From NCBI GenBank assembly GCA_964357615.1, contig CAYHMC010000001.1:66602-130601 (forward strand): 64,000 nt of DNA. The letters run 5' to 3'. This DNA is from an uncultured Candidatus Saccharibacteria bacterium. Its GTDB lineage: Bacteria > Patescibacteriota > Minisyncoccia > UBA6257 > JACOXY01. The notes beneath the pieces are model-generated. The model had not been told where the DNA came from. It was given only the letters and a program-made list of their open reading frames with translations, and searched no databases. Every line of letters starts with the position of its first letter. Position 1 is the stretch's first letter. The position numbers were made by a program, and so were the translations under genes. Below are positions 58,085 to 64,000 of the stretch, in pieces.

Positions 58085-59446
58085 TTAGTATTCTGAAGTG
58101 TGATGCTGATCTATATTTTTAAAAGATACTTTCTCTGGATCCCATTTAAGCTTAACTGTCCCAAGGGGTCCATTTCTGTGTTTTGCTATTATAATTTCAG
58201 CAATATTTTGTTCCTCTGGTGGAAGAGTAGCTATGTCTCGGTCTTTTCTATATATAAACATAACTAAATCAGCATCCTGTTCAATTGAGCCGGAGTCTCG
58301 CAAGTCAGCCAGTTTCGGCACCTTTATTTCTCTGTGTTCAACAGTTCTGGATAGCTGTGATAATGCTATTATCGGGACATTTAATTCTCTTGCTAAAGTT
58401 TTTAAACCTCTTGATACTTCGGTTATTTGAGCAACGACATTATCAGAGTTTGTTCGCGGAGTAATTAATTGTAGATAATCAACGATAATTAAACCTAACC
58501 CATGTTCAATTTGCATTCGTCTAGCCATAGACCTCATTTGTAATATATTTGGAGAGGCTGAATCGTCAATAAAAATTGGTGCGTTTGAAAGTCTATCCAA
58601 TGCCTCTTGAATCATTTGAAAATCAACATCGTCTGTAATGCGTCCAGTTCGGAGCTTCCACAATGGCACATCTGATTCGGCCGCTATAAAACGATCTATA
58701 ACCTGTTCTTTTGCCATTTCTAACGAAAATATGCCAACAGGTATAGCTGATTTTGATGCAACGCTTCTTGCTATGTCGAGCGCCAAAGATGTTTTACCAA
58801 GTGATGGTCTAGCACCTAAAACTATAAAGTCGGATGGTTGTAAGCCAGATGTGATATTATCTAATCCAGAAAAACCGGTTGATATTCCACGAAGTCTACC
58901 TTCTCCTTGATGCAGTCGTTCAATTCGTTCGTAGGCGCCCTGCAGTTCTTCTCTAATATGAGAAAACTTTTTTGTTATTGATTTTTGAGAAATTGCTAAA
59001 ACTCTTTGTTCGATGTCGTCTAAAAATTGAGCTGTTTCTCCAGAAAAACCAAAAGCATGTTCTGCAATTTCAGATGAAGTACTGATAAGATCTCGTAGCA
59101 CTTTTTTTTCACGAACAATATTAGCGTAGTGAACTGCGTGAGCTGCCGTTGCCACTCCATTAACTAATTCTGCTAAATAAGAAGTGCCACCAACATCGCT
59201 TAATGTTCCTTTTTCTCGCAAAAATGTTGTTAGACTAAGGAGGTCGATAGGTTGATTTTTTTGATAGAGCTCAAGTATCGCTCCATATATTTTCTCATGA
59301 GATGGCTTATAAAAATCAGATGGTGTTATAAGGTCAGCAACATTAACAATCGTTACTTTATCAATTAAAAGTGAGCCCAACACAGATTGCTCAGCTTCAA
59401 GATTTTGAGGAGGTAATTTAAGTTTTTCTTTTGTTGATTTTGCCAT
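58085..59446 (-). CDS. dnaB: replicative DNA helicase
   Basis: PPQNLEAEQ, ARPSLGKT, VDYLQL, DLRDSGSIEQDAD, KHRNGP. Confidence 0.98.
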   Translation of the reverse strand: MAKSTKEKLKLPPQNLEAEQSVLGSLLIDKVTIVNVADLITPSDFYKPSHEKIYGAILELYQKNQPIDLLSLTTFLREKGTLSDVGGTSYLAELVNGVATAAHAVHYANIVREKKVLRDLISTSSEIAEHAFGFSGETAQFLDDIEQRVLAISQKSITKKFSHIREELQGAYERIERLHQGEGRLRGISTGFSGLDNITSGLQPSDFIVLGARPSLGKTSLALDIARSVASKSAIPVGIFSLEMAKEQVIDRFIAAESDVPLWKLRTGRITDDVDFQMIQEALDRLSNAPIFIDDSASPNILQMRSMARRMQIEHGLGLIIVDYLQLITPRTNSDNVVAQITEVSRGLKTLARELNVPIIALSQLSRTVEHREIKVPKLADLRDSGSIEQDADLVMFIYRKDRDIATLPPEEQNIAEIIIAKHRNGPLGTVKLKWDPEKVSFKNIDQHHTSEY

Positions 59447-59451
59447 CTAAA

Positions 59452-60849
59452 TTATTTTGGCCATAATAAAGGTCCAAAAGGTGTGTCGTCTACTGTATAT
59501 CCTAACCCATCCAATTCTTTTCTCAATAGGTCAGATTTCGCAAATTGTTTATTACCTCTGAATAACTCACGGCGAACCCCCAATTTTATAACCTTACTGG
59601 GTATTTCTGGTAATTTAGTCTTAAAACCTAACAATTTAAGGTGATTCGTGATAAATTTAGCGAGATTTTTACCATCTTCTCGATTTATTGTAAAAACCTT
59701 AGCTTGGTATTTGTTGATTAAAAGATGCAAAGAGGCTATGGCTTTGGGAGTGTTAAAGTCATTCTGTAGGGATTCATTGAAATCATTTTTAGTAAACAAT
59801 ATATCTTCTCGTATTTGATTTATTGGTTTATTACTTAGGCTTGATTTTGAATTACTTTTTTTGATATTTAGTTTTGCAAGAAATTGGAGCAAATTTGACC
59901 ACTGTTCTTTAGTTTGAAAAACTAATTCATCACTGTACTCAATAGGGGAGCGATAATGATGGTTTAACGATATAAGACGCAAGATATTTGGATCATTAGT
60001 CTTTAAAAAATCTTTAACAGTTAAAAAAGCTCCATTACTTTTTGACATTTTATTACCTTTTGAATTTAAAAATCCTGAGTGCATCCAAATTTTTACAAAA
60101 GGCTTTTTTTCTGATGCTGCTTCCTGTTGTGCTAACTCGGCTTCATGGTGCGGAAATATTAAATCGATTGCAGCTCCGTGAATGTCATATTGGGGACCAA
60201 AAAATTTCTCTGTTATAGCAGTGTCTTCAATGTGCCATCCGGGGCGACCATTTCCTAAAGCAGTTTTCCAAAATGGCTCTCCATCTTTATAAAATTTCCA
60301 TAATGCAAAATCACCTCTATTTTTTTTACCAACCGATTCATCAATTCTGCTTACTGAATCTTCCGCCTGAAGAACTGTTCTCTTCGAAAGCTTTCCGTAA
60401 TCTGCAAATTTTGTGATATCAAAATAATAACCATCATTTTCAATTTTATAAGCATAATTTTTTTCTATAAGAGTCTGAATTTGCTTAACTATCTCCTTTA
60501 TATGGGCAGTGGCTCTAATGTGTTTTGTTACTGAGTTAATACCAAGCGATTTTTCATCCAATAGATATTCTTTTTCAAATTTGCGAGCAATTTGCTTAAC
60601 ATTCATACCACTTTCTTTGGCCCTACTTATAATTTTATCATCAATGTCTGTGATATTTTGTAAATAATAAACTTTATATCCAACGGCACGCAAATAACGA
60701 GCAAAAGCATCGAATATTAGATATGTTCGAGCGTTACCTATGTGAATATAATCATAAACGGTTGGTCCACAAACAAACAGTTTTATATTTTGTTTGTTTA
60801 GTAATTCTAATTCCTCTTTTTGATTTGATAATGTATTGAAAATTTTCAT
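59452..60849 (-). CDS. cysS: cysteine--tRNA ligase
   Basis: CGPTVY...HIGNAR, GRPGWHIE, FPHHE.E, KMSKS. Confidence 0.96.
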   Translation of the reverse strand: MKIFNTLSNQKEELELLNKQNIKLFVCGPTVYDYIHIGNARTYLIFDAFARYLRAVGYKVYYLQNITDIDDKIISRAKESGMNVKQIARKFEKEYLLDEKSLGINSVTKHIRATAHIKEIVKQIQTLIEKNYAYKIENDGYYFDITKFADYGKLSKRTVLQAEDSVSRIDESVGKKNRGDFALWKFYKDGEPFWKTALGNGRPGWHIEDTAITEKFFGPQYDIHGAAIDLIFPHHEAELAQQEAASEKKPFVKIWMHSGFLNSKGNKMSKSNGAFLTVKDFLKTNDPNILRLISLNHHYRSPIEYSDELVFQTKEQWSNLLQFLAKLNIKKSNSKSSLSNKPINQIREDILFTKNDFNESLQNDFNTPKAIASLHLLINKYQAKVFTINREDGKNLAKFITNHLKLLGFKTKLPEIPSKVIKLGVRRELFRGNKQFAKSDLLRKELDGLGYTVDDTPFGPLLWPK

Positions 60850-60915
60850 TTGAGACAGTCAATTATTATATTATGTAAGTATATATCATATTTATGATAT
60901 AATTAAACAAATATT

Positions 60916-61359
60916 ATGACATTAGAAAGTTCAGAATTTTTTAATAATGAAAAAATGCCATCAAGGTTCACTTGTGACAATGCGAATGTTAGTCCACCAC
61001 TTACGATAATTGAACCACCCCCAGAAGCCCAAAGCCTAGTTCTTTTAATGGAAGATTTGGATTCCGAGGGTTCACCATGGTTGCATTGGTTAGTTTGGGA
61101 TATAAATCCCTTAATTTCGGAAATTCAAGAAGATGAAGCGCCTGACGGTGCAGTGGAAGGAATGACTAGTTTTGGAACAACTGGTTATGGTGGTCCATGT
61201 CCTAAAACTGGAACCCATCGATATGTTTTTCGTCTTATTGCGATTGATACAGTTCTTGGCCTTACATCAGAGTCTCAACTCGATGAAGTTCATGTAGCAA
61301 TGGACGGCCATATCATAGAAGAAGCGGAACCATTAGTTGTGTATTATACAAGAGAATAA
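60916..61359 (+). CDS. YbhB/YbcL (PEBP) family protein
   Basis: SPPL, ED.D, W.HW.VW.I, Y.GPCP..G.HRY. Confidence 0.93.
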   Translation: MTLESSEFFNNEKMPSRFTCDNANVSPPLTIIEPPPEAQSLVLLMEDLDSEGSPWLHWLVWDINPLISEIQEDEAPDGAVEGMTSFGTTGYGGPCPKTGTHRYVFRLIAIDTVLGLTSESQLDEVHVAMDGHIIEEAEPLVVYYTRE

Positions 61360-61377
61360 TAGAACTTTTTACTACTT

Positions 61378-62838
61378 TTACTTTATATCAATATCCAAAT
61401 TTACATCTATAATACCTTCAGAAGTATTTTTTAACCTAAGTCCATTTGGAATAATCAACTTTGAAATAGTTGATGTTGATTTGTTGCCTCTAATTATAAT
61501 CGCTTCGGTAGATAGAGTGGTTTTTCCATTGTAAGTTTCAGGTACTAAAACATCCACAACTTCTGGATTAATATTTATTCGAACTATATCGTATCCAGGC
61601 AAAAGATTTTTGATTATATTGGGAACAACTCGCATCTCAATACTTTTAACGGGTCGCGCAATTATATTAATTTCGCGTGGATCAATATTCACTACCGAAA
61701 AATTTCTCGGTATTGCTATTTCTTTATCTGTAACAACAATGTCTTGAGAGCCAGTAATTAATTTTGACGCATCTATAACGACAGACAAAGATTTTGTGTC
61801 CAATAAATCAAATGCGTGTAAACCTCTGGCTTCAAGTGTAATTGTAGAGGTTTCTGGGTATGTTGACTCTATAAGTATATTTTCTCCAATATTTTGATAT
61901 GTAATTGGAACTGTGAATTCCCTTTGAGTTGTTGCAGCTTGAAACGAAAAGAAAAACCAGAATACTACGGCGAGTGAAAGCGATAATAATTTTTCAGGTG
62001 AGTTATATTTAATTAAACCCTCCGCTGTTGTATAACTTTGTTTTGGGAATGTTTCGGAAAGAAACTGACTAAGCGGTTCGCTTAAATCCTTTGATTTTTT
62101 GAGAGTTTTAAGAATACCTTTATGCACATAAGAAACTTCACCTCTTTCTTCTGAAACCACAATAACAAAAGCATCTGAAACCTCTGACAAACCAAGAGCT
62201 GCGCTGTGTCTTGTGCCTCTTTTACCAATCTGAGCAAAATCATGTGATAAAGGAAGATGTCCACCAAAAATTGCTGCACGATTACCACTTATAACTAAGG
62301 CGCCATCATGACCAATACTTGCCGGATCAAATAAGCTTAGTAGCAATTCTTCTGACACTACTCCATCTAACACTCTTCCACCATTAATATATTTTGTAAC
62401 TGGGTCGTGCCCTTGCATTACAATTAGTGCGCCAATTTTATCCATCGCCATTTTTCCTACCGCATCTAAAATATCCTTTACACTGGATGATCCAGTGGTT
62501 TGAGTTCCACCCTTAATTTGTCTTGTACTCCAGATCGCTAATTGTTCAAAAAAACGCCTAAGCTCTTCTTGAAATATTACAACTAATGCAATAAAAAAGA
62601 CGCCCCAAAATGCCTGAAAAACAATTGAGGTTAAATAAAGTCCGAATGTTTGTGCAATTGGATAAAGCGCAATAATAATTCCGAAACCCGCAGCTACATA
62701 GAAAGAGCGAGTTTGTTTAAAAAGAAAAATTATAAAATAAATAAGCATTGCAATAATAAGCACATCAAAAAAATCTGCAATAAAAAGATTGCTTAATAAT
62801 TTTGTGGCGAAACTAAGTTGAGCAAAAAGGTTCGGCAT
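61378..62838 (-). CDS. dacA: diadenylate cyclase CdaA fused to YbbR(CdaR)-like domains
   Basis: 3 TM, FQEELRR, HDGA, GTRHSAA, VVSEERG; extra TM and YbbR-like repeats. Confidence 0.88.
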   Translation of the reverse strand: MPNLFAQLSFATKLLSNLFIADFFDVLIIAMLIYFIIFLFKQTRSFYVAAGFGIIIALYPIAQTFGLYLTSIVFQAFWGVFFIALVVIFQEELRRFFEQLAIWSTRQIKGGTQTTGSSSVKDILDAVGKMAMDKIGALIVMQGHDPVTKYINGGRVLDGVVSEELLLSLFDPASIGHDGALVISGNRAAIFGGHLPLSHDFAQIGKRGTRHSAALGLSEVSDAFVIVVSEERGEVSYVHKGILKTLKKSKDLSEPLSQFLSETFPKQSYTTAEGLIKYNSPEKLLSLSLAVVFWFFFSFQAATTQREFTVPITYQNIGENILIESTYPETSTITLEARGLHAFDLLDTKSLSVVIDASKLITGSQDIVVTDKEIAIPRNFSVVNIDPREINIIARPVKSIEMRVVPNIIKNLLPGYDIVRININPEVVDVLVPETYNGKTTLSTEAIIIRGNKSTSTISKLIIPNGLRLKNTSEGIIDVNLDIDIK

Positions 62839-62916
62839 TGAAATATTTGTTAATTCTTATATAAATTTTAACATATTATGATATAATTATTAAATAATAA
62901 TTACTTCAATTAAAAT

Positions 62917-64000
62917 ATGAATTTAGCCGATGAACTTAAAAAAATTATAAAGGGAGAAGTTGTGACAGATGAAAAAATCCTAGACGAAATGAGTCGAGAC
63001 GCTGGTCTTCTTGTTGTAAAACCAGCCGTGGTTGTGTACCCAAAAGATGTAAATGATTTAAAAAATTTAGTTAAATTTGTAGGTGAGAATAAAAAATCAA
63101 ACAAAGAACTTTCCTTAACTTCAAGGTCAGCTGGAACCGATATGTCTGGCGGTCCACTAAACGAATCAATTATTGTAAATTTCACTAAATACTTTACAAA
63201 CTTTAGAATGAAAGATTCAAATAGTGTTATTGCTGAACCTGGGCTATATTATCGAATTTTTGAAAAAGAAATGCTTAGGTACGGATTAATTTTCCCATCT
63301 TATCCAGCATCAAAATCTATCTGTGCTATTGGTGGAATTGTGAACAACAATTCTGGAGGGGAAAAAACACTTAAATACGGAAAAACAGAAAATTTTATTG
63401 AGGGAATTAGCATGGTGTTAAGCGATGGGAATGAATATAATTTCCATGCTTTAAATGAAGAAGGATTGAAATCTAAAATGAAGCAGAAGGATTTTGAAGG
63501 AGAAATTTACAAAAATATGTATAAGCTTATAACAAAAAACTATAAACTTATAACAGAAGCGAAGCCCGATGTTACTAAAAATTCTGCTGGATATTTACTT
63601 TGGAATGTTTATAACAAAGAAGAGGGAATTTTTGATTTAACACAAATTTTTGTTGGCGCACAAGGCACTCTAGGAATTATGAAAGACGCAACAATTAGAT
63701 TAGTCCCAATTAAAAAGAGAGCTAGAATGTTAGTGATATTTTTGAACGATGTAAAAAAACTTAAAGATTTAATACCGATAATACTTAAAACTAACCCAGA
63801 AAGTTTTGAGACATATGACGATAACACTCTTAAGCTAGCCATGCGTTTTTTTCCGTCATTTGCAAAAATTCTTGGCGCCAAAAATCTTGTAAGAATTGCG
63901 TTCAGTTTTTTGCCAGAGTTTTTTATGTTACTTCGTGGCGGATTACCTAAACTAATTTTGCAAGTTGAATTTTCTGGAGATGATAATGGGGAGTTAGATG
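62917..64000 (+). CDS. FAD-binding oxidoreductase (GlcD/FAD_binding_4), 3'-truncated; absent from ORF track
   Basis: Translated by hand from ATG 62917: MNLADELKKIIKGEV...RSAGTDMSGGPL...PSYPASK..C.IGG...NNSGG...GAQGTLG; appears open to the window end. Confidence 0.88.
   Translation, partial: MNLADELKKIIKGEVVTDEKILDEMSRDAGLLVVKPAVVVYPKDVNDLKNLVKFVGENKKSNKELSLTSRSAGTDMSGGPLNESIIVNFTKYFTNFRMKDSNSVIAEPGLYYRIFEKEMLRYGLIFPSYPASKSICAIGGIVNNNSGGEKTLKYGKTENFIEGISMVLSDGNEYNFHALNEEGLKSKMKQKDFEGEIYKNMYKLITKNYKLITEAKPDVTKNSAGYLLWNVYNKEEGIFDLTQIFVGAQGTLGIMKDATIRLVPIKKRARMLVIFLNDVKKLKDLIPIILKTNPESFETYDDNTLKLAMRFFPSFAKILGAKNLVRIAFSFLPEFFMLLRGGLPKLILQVEFSGDDNGELD

Noticed and set aside
849-63881. Many 60-190-aa ORFs in the track that overlap or lie antisense to known genes (e.g. 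13007-13570, 31861-32340, 52756-53157, 62910-63185, 63609-63881)
   Set aside because: These are shadow ORFs of well-supported genes and have no motifs of their own.
1-64000. Alternative genetic code 25 (TGA=Gly)
   Set aside because: Conserved genes are full length under code 11, and TGA ends the 9215-9883 gene at its expected length.

Overview
AT-rich (roughly one-third GC, estimated by eye) chromosomal segment of a Candidate Phyla Radiation bacterium, most likely Parcubacteria. This is inferred from the gene set, the presence of rplI, the short ProRS, the solo VirD4/HerA-like ATPase and the surface proteins. TGA is used as a stop codon (code 11). The window is mostly shuffled housekeeping genes (dnaX, rplI, rpmA, pyrG, pgk, rnhA, rsmE, ddl, leuS, glmS, rseP, proS, mreB, mrdA, rplU, recR, dnaB, cysS, dacA), plus tRNA-Gln(UUG) and the RNase P RNA. 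No CRISPR array, integrase or transposase is visible. The most interesting signals are non-coding. (1) Two ~118-bp palindromic elements end exactly at the ATG of a gene (dsbA-like and DHH); the dsbA one has an ATGAA duplication. (2) Two accessory genes are flanked by direct repeats of another gene's first codons, downstream of leaderless-type promoters. (3) A three-copy structured intergenic element always lies next to the terminator of an ORFan. (4) There is a 160-bp RPE-like palindrome. (5) About a dozen stand-alone ORFan units, many with their own promoter, SD and terminator, are scattered among core genes that often look leaderless. Family names come from motif recognition only; no database searches were run.
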